Shown here: positions 30,046-39,669 of the stretch, piece after piece
How positions within the stretch are numbered: position 1 is the first letter of the stretch
Layout: every line of letters starts with the position of its first letter
DNA from: Candidatus Eiseniibacteriota bacterium
GTDB taxonomy: Bacteria; Eisenbacteria; RBG-16-71-46; DASYSL01
Assembly (NCBI GenBank): GCA_031431875.1
Contig: JANPEF010000085.1
Span: 1-45,975 of the forward strand
DNA length: 45,975 bases
Reading direction: 5' to 3'
The notes under the pieces: generated by a model
The model's input: only the letters and a program-made list of their open reading frames with translations
Told to the model about the DNA's origin: nothing
Database searches by the model: none
Translations under genes and position numbers: made by a program

Positions 30046-30333
30046 CTACTTGTCCCGGCCGCGGCCCACGCGACGGCCCGGACGCTCCGACCACAGCGAC
30101 TTGCTGCCGATCGCCGTGCTTCCGCCCGGGTTGGAGATCAGGGTGGGAGGCAGGACGCCATCGTCGGGTGCCGGGAGCTCCTCGATGGGCATGACCGCGA
30201 CGGACGTCTCGAGCGGGGGGGAGACCGCGAGGGCAGCCGGTCCCATCGGATTCTCGGTGCCGCAGCCGCTGAGGCCGGCGACGAGCAGGGTGAGCATGGT
30301 GACACGGACGGTGTTCTTCAGGGCAACGGACAT
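30046..30333 (-). CDS. Small lipoprotein (95 aa)
   Basis: GGAGG RBS; lipobox LSGC; Pro-rich middle and Arg-rich end. Confidence 0.72.
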   Translation of the reverse strand: MSVALKNTVRVTMLTLLVAGLSGCGTENPMGPAALAVSPPLETSVAVMPIEELPAPDDGVLPPTLISNPGGSTAIGSKSLWSERPGRRVGRGRDK

Positions 30334-30387
30334 GGGTTGGGACCCTCCAGGGGGTCGCTCCACGCGAACCACCTGCCCCTGTTCCAA

Positions 30388-30403
30388 TGCAACCGCCGTG
30401 CCC
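30388..30403 (-). promoter_or_regulatory. Sigma54 (-24/-12) promoter
   Basis: Minus strand gGGCACGgcggTTGCA, near-consensus, 55 bp upstream of ATG 30333. Confidence 0.8.
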
Positions 30404-30688
30404 GGACGCTGAAAGTGTCGTCGCCGAGCCCGCGCCGGCCAGAGCGGGCGATGTGCACGGCGATTCGCACGAGGATTCGCAGGCTGCGTGGTCGCTGCGC
30501 TGCGGCGCGCGATCGGGCGGGGGAATCCCGCGCGACAGGCTGAGGATTCCCACCCACGTTCGCGTCGAAGCGGAAACCGTCGCTCCTGGCGACCTCGCCG
30601 GGGAGACCGGTCCGGCCGCGAAAGCTGTGCTATCCTCCGGCCCGTCCACGCATTGCGCCCCAGGTGCCCGACCCGATCCGAGGTTTCC

Positions 30689-31945
30689 ATGCCGTTTCTC
30701 ACCGATCAGAACCGCGAGTGGCAGGCGCGTGCCCGCGAGGTGGCCGAGAAGGTCGTCCGCCCCCTGGCCCGCAAGTACGACGAGCTCCAGGAGTACCCGT
30801 GGGAGATCAAGGACGCGCTGGCCGAGGGCGGGTTCTTCGGCGTGTGGATCCCCAAGGAGTACGGTGGGGCGGGCGGCACGGTGCTCGACCTGTGCCTGGT
30901 CATCGAGCAGCTCTCGCGCGCCTGCGGCGGCGTCGGCGTCATGTACTGCGTCAATGCGCTCGGCTCGTTCCCCATGCTCGTCGGTGGCACCGAGGAGCAG
31001 AAGAAGACGTGGCTGCCGAAGATCGCCTCGGGCGAGAAGCTGATCGCCTTCTGCCTCTCCGAGAAGTTCGCCGGCTCCGACGCGCAGGGCATGCGCCTGG
31101 CAGCGACGCCGGCGCCGGGCGGCGGCTGGCTGCTCAACGGCGAGAAGAAGTGGACGACCAACGGCGGCGCCGCAGACCTCTACACCGTGTTCGCGGTCAG
31201 CGACCCGGCCTCGAAGTCGCGGCGCATCTCGGCGTTCATCGTCGAGCAGGGCATGCCCGGGTTCTCGATCGGCAAGGTCGAGGATAAGATGGGCATCCGC
31301 TGCGTCCCTGTGGTCGAGACCGTGTTCAAGGACGTGAAGGTGAGCGAGGCGCAGCTCCTGGGCGGGCAGCCCGGCTTCGGTTTCCATCACGCGATGGGCA
31401 CGCTGGACCTGGCGCGCCCCGGCGTCGCCGCGCAGGGCCTGGGCCTGGCCGCCGGCGCGCTCGAGTTCGCGCAGGTCTATGCCGCCAAGCGCAACCAGTT
31501 CGGCACCTCGATCAACTCGTTCCAGATGATCCAGCAGCTGCTCGCCGATATGGCGACCCAGGTCGAGGCCGCGCGTCAGCTGGTCTACGCCGGCGCCACG
31601 TCGCTCGACAAGAAGCTGCCGAGCGCGAACAAGATGGCGGCCATGGCCAAGCTGTACGCGACCGACACCGCGATGAAGGTGACCACCGACGCGGTGCAGA
31701 TCTTCGGTGGCTACGGCTACATGCGCGACTACCCGATCGAGAAGTACATGCGCGACGCGAAGATCACGCAGATCTACGAGGGTACGAACCAGGTGCAGCG
31801 GCTGGTCGTGGCGCGCAACCTGATCAAGGAGACCGCCGCGCTGTCGCAGTTGCTCGACGCCTACATCCCGAAGGAAGTGCAGGTCGGCTTCAACGACCCG
31901 GCGACGCTGGCGGCGCAGAAGGCCGAGGCGCCGGCCACCTCGTGA
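30689..31945 (+). CDS. Acyl-CoA dehydrogenase
   Basis: FCLSEKFAGSD, LNGEKKWTTNG, KMGIR, RNQFG, QIFGGYGY, IYEGTNQ. Confidence 0.95.
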   Translation: MPFLTDQNREWQARAREVAEKVVRPLARKYDELQEYPWEIKDALAEGGFFGVWIPKEYGGAGGTVLDLCLVIEQLSRACGGVGVMYCVNALGSFPMLVGGTEEQKKTWLPKIASGEKLIAFCLSEKFAGSDAQGMRLAATPAPGGGWLLNGEKKWTTNGGAADLYTVFAVSDPASKSRRISAFIVEQGMPGFSIGKVEDKMGIRCVPVVETVFKDVKVSEAQLLGGQPGFGFHHAMGTLDLARPGVAAQGLGLAAGALEFAQVYAAKRNQFGTSINSFQMIQQLLADMATQVEAARQLVYAGATSLDKKLPSANKMAAMAKLYATDTAMKVTTDAVQIFGGYGYMRDYPIEKYMRDAKITQIYEGTNQVQRLVVARNLIKETAALSQLLDAYIPKEVQVGFNDPATLAAQKAEAPATS

Positions 31946-32427
31946 GCCGCGCCATCGCGATCACGCCCGCCACGCGGGCCGACGCGCCGCGCATCCACGC
32001 GCTCATGCACGGGCTCGCGGTCTACGAGAAGATCGAGCACGAGATGGTCTCTTCCGTGGACGACCTCGACCGCGCACTGTTCGGCGAGCGTCCGCTCGCC
32101 GAGGCGCTCGTTGGCTCGCTTGACGGGCAGGTCGTCGGCTTCGCGCTGTTCTATCCCACCTACTCGACGTTCGCGGGCAAGCCCGGGATTTGGCTCGAGG
32201 ACCTGTTCGTCGTGCCCGAGGCGCGCGGCGCCGGCGTGGGCAAGGCGCTGCTCGCGGCCCTGGCCGCGCTCGCGGTCGCGCGTGACTGCGGATCCGTGCA
32301 GTGGGAAGTGCTCGACTGGAACGCGCCGGCGATCGGCTTCTACGAATCGCTGGGGGCGGAGTCGCTGTCCGAGTGGACGACGAACAAGCTGGCGGGGGAT
32401 GCGCTCAGGCGGCTCGCCCGAAGCTAG
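31942..32427 (+). CDS. GNAT acetyltransferase (SSAT/diamine-like)
   Basis: LAVYEK, YSTF, WLEDLFV..EARGAGVG, VLDWNAPAIGFY. Confidence 0.92.
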   Translation: MSRAIAITPATRADAPRIHALMHGLAVYEKIEHEMVSSVDDLDRALFGERPLAEALVGSLDGQVVGFALFYPTYSTFAGKPGIWLEDLFVVPEARGAGVGKALLAALAALAVARDCGSVQWEVLDWNAPAIGFYESLGAESLSEWTTNKLAGDALRRLARS

Positions 32428-32549
32428 GGCGCAGACTCGCCGCCTTCGCGCGGTCGCGCATGGACGGCGAAGGCATGCGCACCGACGAGGAGATACTCAA
32501 CCTCTGCGGCGGAGAACTCGGACAACATCTCGACGAAGTCGCGATTCAT
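32424..32549 (-). pseudogene. Truncated nucleotidyltransferase-like gene (N-terminal 34 codons)
   Basis: MNRDFVEMLSEFSAAEVEYLLVGAHAFAVHARPR, then unrelated EGGESAP-stop; ends just before the expected T-x-D-x-D catalytic motif. Confidence 0.7.
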
Positions 32550-32697
32550 CCGCGCGTTCTCCCCTGAACAACCATGCCTGGACGGTGAGTGTCCACACCA
32601 TGGCCAGCCGTTCCTCGGCCGTCGTGCCCTCGAGCCCGGACTCCAGGCCCTGATCTTCGAGCCGGGACTTGTGGACCGGATCGTTGGTGCGCTCCGT
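32497..32697 (-). pseudogene. Small partner (antitoxin-like) ORF with ACG in the start position
   Basis: TAAAAT -10 and GGAGGG RBS precede ACG; 66 codons ...TTAEERLAMVWTLTVQAW...SRLRRDVVRVLRR, overlapping the NTase start. Confidence 0.6.
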
Positions 32698-32751
32698 GGC
32701 TGCCCTCCGGCTCCTATTTTACCCCGAATCCGATCCCGGGGACAGCATGGG

Positions 32752-33357
32752 TCACGCCCGCAGGCGCAGGCGGATGGCTTCCTTCGACGGCACCGTGACG
32801 CGCGCGCTCGCCGTGCCGAGCCGCGGATTCCACGCCCGGATCAGGTACTCGCCACGCGGCAGATGCGCCAGCAGGAACGATCCGTCGCGTGCGGTGTTCG
32901 TGTTCCAGCGCTCGTCCGAGACCACGACGTACAGCACCTCCGCCGGATGCAGCTCGCAGAACACCTCGTACTCGCCGGGATGGGCGAACGACGCGCGGCG
33001 AACCTGCCCCGGGCGATAGCGGCCCAGGTCGAAGCGGCCCTTCGGCGCGAGACAGAATGCATTGTGGTAGACGCGGTCGGCGTTGGCGAACTCGATGATC
33101 ATGCCGGCCTGGACGGCGAGCACGCGGGGCTCGAAGCGACCGCCCTGCTGGGTCACGCGGGCGGTGTCGGTCGGCGCCTTCGACGCTCGCGCCTTCACCG
33201 GCCAGGCCTGGACGACGGTGTCCGGCGATGGCGGGTGCACCCGTCCGGCGACCGAGCCCTTGCTCGCGCAGCCGCCGAGCAGCAGCCCGACGAGCGCGAT
33301 CACCGCCGCGGCCGGCCCGAGACGCCCCTTCCCTGGAATGTTCCGAATCGAGTCCAT
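32752..33357 (-). CDS. Lipoprotein with cupredoxin-like and carboxypeptidase-regulatory-like domains
   Basis: LGGC lipobox; FEPRVLAV, FANADRVYHNAF, VFCELH, YLIRAW. Confidence 0.8.
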   Translation of the reverse strand: MDSIRNIPGKGRLGPAAAVIALVGLLLGGCASKGSVAGRVHPPSPDTVVQAWPVKARASKAPTDTARVTQQGGRFEPRVLAVQAGMIIEFANADRVYHNAFCLAPKGRFDLGRYRPGQVRRASFAHPGEYEVFCELHPAEVLYVVVSDERWNTNTARDGSFLLAHLPRGEYLIRAWNPRLGTASARVTVPSKEAIRLRLRA

Positions 33358-33362
33358 TCGAT

Positions 33363-33400
33363 CCCCTCCCCCGGAGGTATCGGCACGTCCGGGGGAGGGG
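33363..33400. terminator. 13-bp perfect stem-loop (terminator or translational control)
   Basis: CCCCTCCCCCGGA-N12-TCCGGGGGAGGGG; one arm contains the RBS of the 33357 gene. Confidence 0.55.
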
Positions 33401-33430
33401 TCCAGCGGAAACTCACGGCGGGATCGGGCG

Positions 33431-34646
33431 CTACTCCTTCGCCCAGCGCAGCAGCTCCGGCAGGTTGATCTCCTTGCCGTACATGAGCATGCCCACCCGG
33501 ATGGCCGTGCCCGCGAGGATGCGCATGAAGTGGGTCGCCGCGATCAGCAGCAGCAGCGCGCCCACCCACTCCCACGTCGGCGCGGCCTTGAGGGCGATGC
33601 GCGCCGGCATGAGCATCGGCGCGAAGAAGGGGATCCACGACAGGACGACCGCGAGCATGGACTCGGGCTTCTCGAGGATCGTCTCGATGAAGATGAACGG
33701 GATCACCGGGATGAAGTAGAAGTACGCCTGCACGCGCGAGGTCGACTGCATATCCTTGATCGTCGCCAGGATCGTCGCGAACATCGACACGTAGAACGCG
33801 AACCCGAAGACGAGGAACAGCAGGTACGCCGCAATCGACGCCGGGCTCACCGCCGGCGGCAGCTGCCACGACGAGAACACCGCGAACAGCAGGGCCGAGC
33901 CGCCCCAGATGACCGCCATGAGCATGCCGATGCCGACGAAGGCGATCAGCTTGCCGTCCATCCACGCCTGCGGCCGGATTGCCGAGACGATGACCTCGGT
34001 CACGCGCGCCTGCTTCTCGCCGGTGATGCCCACCGCCAGGTACGCCGCCGTGGCGTAGATCGTGATCAGCAACAGGATCACCAGCGCCAACGCCGCGATC
34101 ATGTCGCCCTTCGAGGTCTTCGCCTCGGGGCGCGTCAGCGTCTCGGCGATCGGGACCCGCGCATCGATCGTCGTCAGCCCTGCCGCATCGACGCCCACGG
34201 CGCGCGCCCGCTCGAGGCGCGCCAGCTCGGTGAGCGGCTCGCGCACGGTACGCACCCAGCCGGGACGCGAGCGCTTGGTCAGCACGCGGATCGAGTCGCC
34301 GGTCGCGAAGCCGGCGGGGACCAGCACCGCACCGTCGTAGGTCTTCGCCTCGATCGCGGCCGTGAGCGCCGCGGGTTCGGCCTGGGCCCCGTCGACGACC
34401 GTCCACTGCACGGTCTTCAGCGTGTCGAGCGCGGGCAGCTCTGCGTCGATCCCCGGGGCGGCGGACGAGAACGCGAGCTTCACCGGCTCGTTCGCCGCGC
34501 GGTTCGCGATCCAGCCGGCGCCGAACGAGAGTCCGACGGACAGGAGGGGCATGAGCACGAGCGAAACGAGGAAGTCCCCGCGGCGCACGACGCGCAGGAA
34601 CTCGAAGCGGGCGACGGGCCACCACTCGGGGCGGTTCACGCGGGCG

Positions 34647-34654
<8 letters not shown>
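33431..34654 (-). CDS. ABC-2 type permease (NatB/YhaP-like)
   Basis: EKQARVTEVIVS, GKL, SWIPFFAPMLMPARI; TM topology. Confidence 0.9.
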
Positions 34655-35647
<993 letters not shown>

Positions 35648-35651
<4 letters not shown>

Positions 35652-35962
35652 GAAGAGAATTCTCCCGTGAGGTACAGGACGGCGAGGCCGATCAGGATGA
35701 GCGCGACGGCGGCGATGATCGCCCAGCGCTGCCGCGTCCGCATGGCCTCATAGCGTACGGGATTCACGAAGTACGTGCCCGCCTCGGTGCGCACGACCAG
35801 CCCGGAGGCGATGGCCGCTTCCAGCCCGCCGCGCTCGAGGGCGTTTCTTGGCTCGTACGCCCGCGCCGACCACTGCGAGGTCGCGCCGTCGCGAAACAGG
35901 TGCCTCGCCACGCGGCACTTGCGTCCCTCGGAGGAGGAACCGGCGACGACGACCAGGGCCAT
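35648..35962 (-). CDS. Small hypothetical membrane protein
   Basis: C-terminal TM helix; coupled to both neighbours in the operon. Confidence 0.6.
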
Positions 35963-35965
35963 GGC

Positions 35966-36271
35966 CTAGCGTTCCTGCACGACGACGATGCCGCCGGAGA
36001 GCTTGGTCTCGTGCCCGGCGCTGTCGAGGAAGGCGACGATGCCGCTGCGCGAGGTCTCGATGTAGGTCTTCGCGTTCCAGCGTCCTATCAGCCCCCCGTG
36101 GAGGTCGTACAGCGAGATCGTGCGATTCAGCCCCTCGGTGCCGGACTCCCAGTGCTTGCCGGCCTTGTCCAGGCGCTGGCAGCCGGAGAGGACAGCTGCC
36201 GCGATGGCGATCGCGACAATGAGGAGGACGCCGATGCCCTGCAAGGGGTTCTTCAATCCGCAGCCGCTCAT
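35966..36271 (-). CDS. Small lipoprotein, DUF5052-like
   Basis: GGAGG RBS; LSGC lipobox; [21 protein letters not shown]. Confidence 0.7.
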   Translation of the reverse strand: MSGCGLKNPLQGIGVLLIVAIAIAAAVLSGCQRLDKAGKHWESGTEGLNRTISLYDLHGGLIGRWNAKTYIETSRSGIVAFLDSAGHETKLSGGIVVVQER

Positions 36272-36465
36272 GATTCCTCCGTCGATGGATCTTCGGGGTC
36301 CGTGACTTCGGCCCGCCGCACCGTGCGGCCGGCGTCCTTCAGCGCCTGCGCGAGCAGGTACTCGATCTGTCCGTTCACCGAGCGCAGCTCGTCCGCCGCC
36401 CACTTCTCGAGGGCAGCGTAGAGTTCCGGCGGCACGCGCAACAGGAACGACTTGCGCGCGGCCAT
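36268..36465 (-). CDS. Arc/ribbon-helix-helix DNA-binding protein
   Basis: [34 protein letters not shown]; typical partner of SPFH genes. Confidence 0.88.
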   Translation of the reverse strand: MAARKSFLLRVPPELYAALEKWAADELRSVNGQIEYLLAQALKDAGRTVRRAEVTDPEDPSTEES

Positions 36466-36474
36466 CTCACCCAC

Positions 36475-37344
36475 CTACTGGTGCAGGGTGCCGGCGTTGA
36501 TCACCGGGCTCACCGAGTGGTCGCCGCACAGGACGACGAGAAGGTTCGACACCATCGCGGCCTTCTTCTCCTCATCGAGCTGGATGATGTTCTTCGACGA
36601 CAGGCGCTCCAGGGCCATCTCGACCATGCCCACGGCTCCCTCGACGATCCGCGTGCGGGCGGCGACGACCGCGCCGGCCTGCTGGCGGCGCAGCATGGCA
36701 CTCGCGATCTCGGGGCCGTACGCCAGGTGCGACAGGCGCGACTCGAGGATCTCGACGCCGGCCTTGTCGAGCCGCACCTGCAGCTCGGCCCGCAGCGCCT
36801 CGGAAATCTGGTCCATGTTGCCGCGCAGCGAGACGGTCTCATCGTCGTGCGCATCGTAGGTGTACTGGCTCGCCAGGTGGCGCACCGCGGTCTCGCTCTG
36901 CACGGCCACGAACTGCTCGTAGGTGTCGACGTCGAACACGGCCTGCGCCGAGTCGCGCACGCGCCAGACGACCACGGCCGCGATCTCGACCGGGTTGCCG
37001 TCCTTGTCGTTGACCTTGAGCTTCTCGCCGTTGAGCGAGCGCACGCGCAGCGAGAGCTTCTTCTTGCTGGCGATCGGGTTGGTCCACCACCAGCCGTCGT
37101 CGTGCACCGAGCCCACGTACTTGCCGAGCAGGATGATGACCTCGGCCTGGTTCGGCTGGACGGTGAAGAAGCCGTTGAGCGAGACGCTCGCGACGATGAC
37201 GAGGAGCGCGACGATCGCGATGCGGAATCCGATCGGTCCGGCACCGGGGCTGGCAATCACCAACCAGGTCAGGGCGAGCATGGCGAGGATGAGGACGAGC
37301 CCGAGCATTCCGGGCAGCGGGTGAGCCTTCGTTTCACGGGTCAT
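36475..37344 (-). CDS. SPFH/band-7 domain membrane protein
   Basis: Two TM helices; LKVNDKDGNPVEIAAVVVW, LAYGPEIASAMLRRQQA, MVSNLLVVLC. Confidence 0.93.
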   Translation of the reverse strand: MTRETKAHPLPGMLGLVLILAMLALTWLVIASPGAGPIGFRIAIVALLVIVASVSLNGFFTVQPNQAEVIILLGKYVGSVHDDGWWWTNPIASKKKLSLRVRSLNGEKLKVNDKDGNPVEIAAVVVWRVRDSAQAVFDVDTYEQFVAVQSETAVRHLASQYTYDAHDDETVSLRGNMDQISEALRAELQVRLDKAGVEILESRLSHLAYGPEIASAMLRRQQAGAVVAARTRIVEGAVGMVEMALERLSSKNIIQLDEEKKAAMVSNLLVVLCGDHSVSPVINAGTLHQ

Positions 37345-37366
37345 GGAGTTCGGTTCCTCCTTTCGG

Positions 37367-37396
37367 TGATTTCATTGTGATATTAGAATGGGATCA
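37367..37396. promoter_or_regulatory. Three TGATATCA-like boxes, candidate RHH operator
   Basis: TGATTTCA 37367, TGATATTA 37378, TGGGATCA 37389; 11-bp period, directly upstream of the SPFH RBS. Confidence 0.6.
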
Positions 37397-37497
37397 TCGT
37401 CCAGAAAATTAAGGCGCTTGAGACTCTTTTTTCGAGGCACCCCGAAGGCGCCCACTCGCAAGTGAACCCCGGCAACCGCTCCACACAACAACTTGGC

Positions 37498-37525
37498 TTG
37501 TAATAGACCGGTCGTCTAGTAGACT
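37498..37525 (+). promoter_or_regulatory. Promoter with NemR-like TetR operator
   Basis: TTGTAA-N16-TAGACT enclosing the palindrome TAGACCGGTCGTCTA. Confidence 0.65.
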
Positions 37526-37533
37526 TCATTTTC

Positions 37534-38223
37534 ATGAACGAGCCTGTCGACACCCCGATCCTGGGTGCCCACGCCGCCCCCGCGACCCGCAAGGGCGAGG
37601 AGACCCGCGAGCGGATCCTGGCCGTGGCCCGCGATCTGATCCACCAGCACGGGTTCAAGCAGACCGGCCTGGCGGACATCCTGGCGGCGAGCCGGGTGCC
37701 CAAGGGCTCGTTCTACTTCTACTTCCGCAGCAAGGAAGAGCTCGCGACGGAGTTGCTCCGCCAGCACCGGGTCACCTATCGCGAGGCGATGGAGCGCGAC
37801 GTCTTCCCGCCGGTCGGCGAGACGATTCCGCAGCTCGTGGCGTTCTTTCGCGGCTCGGCGCAGCGACAGGCGGATGCCGGGTGCAAGTCGGGATGCCTGC
37901 TCGGCAACCTCGCCGCCGAGATCGGCGACCTCCACGAGGACCTGAGGCGCGAAGTCGTCGCCAGCTTCCTCGAGATGCGCCAGGCATTGACGGTGGTCCT
38001 CGCGCGAGGGCAGGCCCGCGGTGAACTGAAGACCGACTTCGCGCCGGATCAGGCGGCGGAGTTCCTGATGGCGGTGATGGAGGGATCGGTCCTTCTCGCC
38101 AAGGTGCGGCGCGAACCGGCGGCCTTTGCCGCAGTCGAGTTTTCGCTGGCCCGTTACCTGGAGACGTTGCGTAACCCGGCGCCGCCGCATTCGGCCGGCC
38201 CCAAGAACGGAGGGATCGCATGA
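37534..38223 (+). CDS. TetR-family regulator (NemR-like)
   Basis: TRERIL, GFKQTG, KGSFYFYFRSKEEL, GCLLGNL. Confidence 0.92.
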   Translation: MNEPVDTPILGAHAAPATRKGEETRERILAVARDLIHQHGFKQTGLADILAASRVPKGSFYFYFRSKEELATELLRQHRVTYREAMERDVFPPVGETIPQLVAFFRGSAQRQADAGCKSGCLLGNLAAEIGDLHEDLRREVVASFLEMRQALTVVLARGQARGELKTDFAPDQAAEFLMAVMEGSVLLAKVRREPAAFAAVEFSLARYLETLRNPAPPHSAGPKNGGIA

Positions 38224-38936
38224 TCGCGACCACGTTGCGGATCGAGACCGACGAGCAGCTCGTCGAGCGGGCGCAGTCCGGTGAATCGGCTGCGTTCGAC
38301 GAACTGGCGCGGCGCTACACGAACATCGTCTACCGGATCCTGTACAAGATCCTGCGCCACGACGAGGACACGCAGGACGCGCTGCAGGACACGTTCGTCA
38401 GCGCGTACCGCGCGCTGCCGCGCTTCCGCAAGGACGCCAAGTTCTCGACCTGGATCTATCGCATCGCCACCAACGCGGCGCTGATGAAGGCGCGCGCGCG
38501 GAAGACGAACCTGGTCTCGCTCGATCATCCGACCGAGGACGACGACGCGCGCCACGCGTGGGACCTGCCCGACCGCAGGGCCACGCCGGACCAGGACATC
38601 CTGTCCGACGAGACGCGTCGCGTCATGGAGGCGGCGATCCAGGCCCTGCCGGCTGAGCAGCGCGCGGCATTCGTGCTGCACGACATGCAGGAGCTATCGA
38701 GCGCCCAGACCGCCGAGGCGATGGGGATCACCGTGTCCGCCGTGAACTCGCGGCTGCACCGCGCGCGCGTGTTCCTGCGCGACCGCATCGGCCGCTACGT
38801 GCGCGAGCCGGAGCCCGCGATGTGGCGCAAGCTCGACCCGGCGACGGCGGCGAAGGCCGCGCGCCTCACGCGCGTGGTCGATCGCACGGAACGCGCGGCC
38901 GAGGCTGTCCGCGAGGCGCGTCGCACGGCGGCCTGA
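38220..38936 (+). CDS. ECF sigma factor (RpoE/SigW-like) with C-terminal extension
   Basis: DALQDTF, FSTWIYRIATN, LPAEQR, VNSRLHRAR. Confidence 0.92.
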   Translation: MIATTLRIETDEQLVERAQSGESAAFDELARRYTNIVYRILYKILRHDEDTQDALQDTFVSAYRALPRFRKDAKFSTWIYRIATNAALMKARARKTNLVSLDHPTEDDDARHAWDLPDRRATPDQDILSDETRRVMEAAIQALPAEQRAAFVLHDMQELSSAQTAEAMGITVSAVNSRLHRARVFLRDRIGRYVREPEPAMWRKLDPATAAKAARLTRVVDRTERAAEAVREARRTAA

Positions 38937-38967
38937 CCACCGGCGGATGCCGCACACACGACACCCT

Positions 38968-39000
38968 GAAGCCCCGGCGCGCCGCGCGCAACGGGGCTTC
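38968..39000 (+). terminator. Putative terminator hairpin
   Basis: GAAGCCCC...GGGGCTTC after the sigma factor stop; no clear U-tract. Confidence 0.4.
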
Positions 39001-39015
39001 TGCTATGTTCCGGCC

Positions 39016-39669
39016 ATGCGCATTCCCGTCTATCTCGAAGTCGGCGCCCGCGGCGCGACCCGCGCCTGGGTACTGACGCTGCCCGGCGTGGCGGTCGATG
39101 CAGCTTCGCCGGAGGCGGCGCTCTTGGCCGTGCCTACGACCGTCGCCGCCGAAATTGCGCTCCTCGCACAGGGCGGACATCCGTGGGCTCACGCCCAAGA
39201 GCATCTCGAGTTCGTCGAGACCGAACGCGTCGACACCAATGTCGGACTCGAGGAAGGCTCGGCCCGCGCGCTCTTCAAGTGGGACCTGCGGCCGACCAAG
39301 CCGGAGGACGTCGCTGCTGCGCTCGCGCGCATCGAGATCGCCCGCCGCGCGATCGAGGCCGCCGTCGCCGGGACGCCCGACGCGACGGTCGTCGAGTCCC
39401 CGGTCGGATCGCGCCTGATCGCGCTGTCGGGATCGATGCTGTGGCTCCTGTCGCGCCTGGGATCGAAGCCGACCGGAACGCTCTCGCAAGAGCCGTTGCC
39501 GCGCTTCGTCGGCGCCGAGCAGATCGCCATCGAACGCTTGAACAACCTGCTCCCCGGCGACCTCGAGCGGCACGCGGTGTTCCTCGGGGAGCCGTGGACG
39601 ACCCGCAAGGTGCTGCGGCGGCTCGCCTGCCTGGTGCGTGCGGAGTCGCTCGCGACGGTTGCGCCATGA
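39016..39669 (+). CDS. Hypothetical protein (HicB-like N-terminus, DinB-like C-terminus)
   Basis: AWVLTLPGV..A.S.E.AL; EPWTTRKVLRR; TGCTATGTT just upstream (leaderless). Confidence 0.6.
   Translation: MRIPVYLEVGARGATRAWVLTLPGVAVDAASPEAALLAVPTTVAAEIALLAQGGHPWAHAQEHLEFVETERVDTNVGLEEGSARALFKWDLRPTKPEDVAAALARIEIARRAIEAAVAGTPDATVVESPVGSRLIALSGSMLWLLSRLGSKPTGTLSQEPLPRFVGAEQIAIERLNNLLPGDLERHAVFLGEPWTTRKVLRRLACLVRAESLATVAP

Noticed and set aside
32460..32567. Plus-strand small ORF MDGEGMRTDEEIL...
   Set aside because: Antisense shadow of the nucleotidyltransferase remnant on the minus strand.
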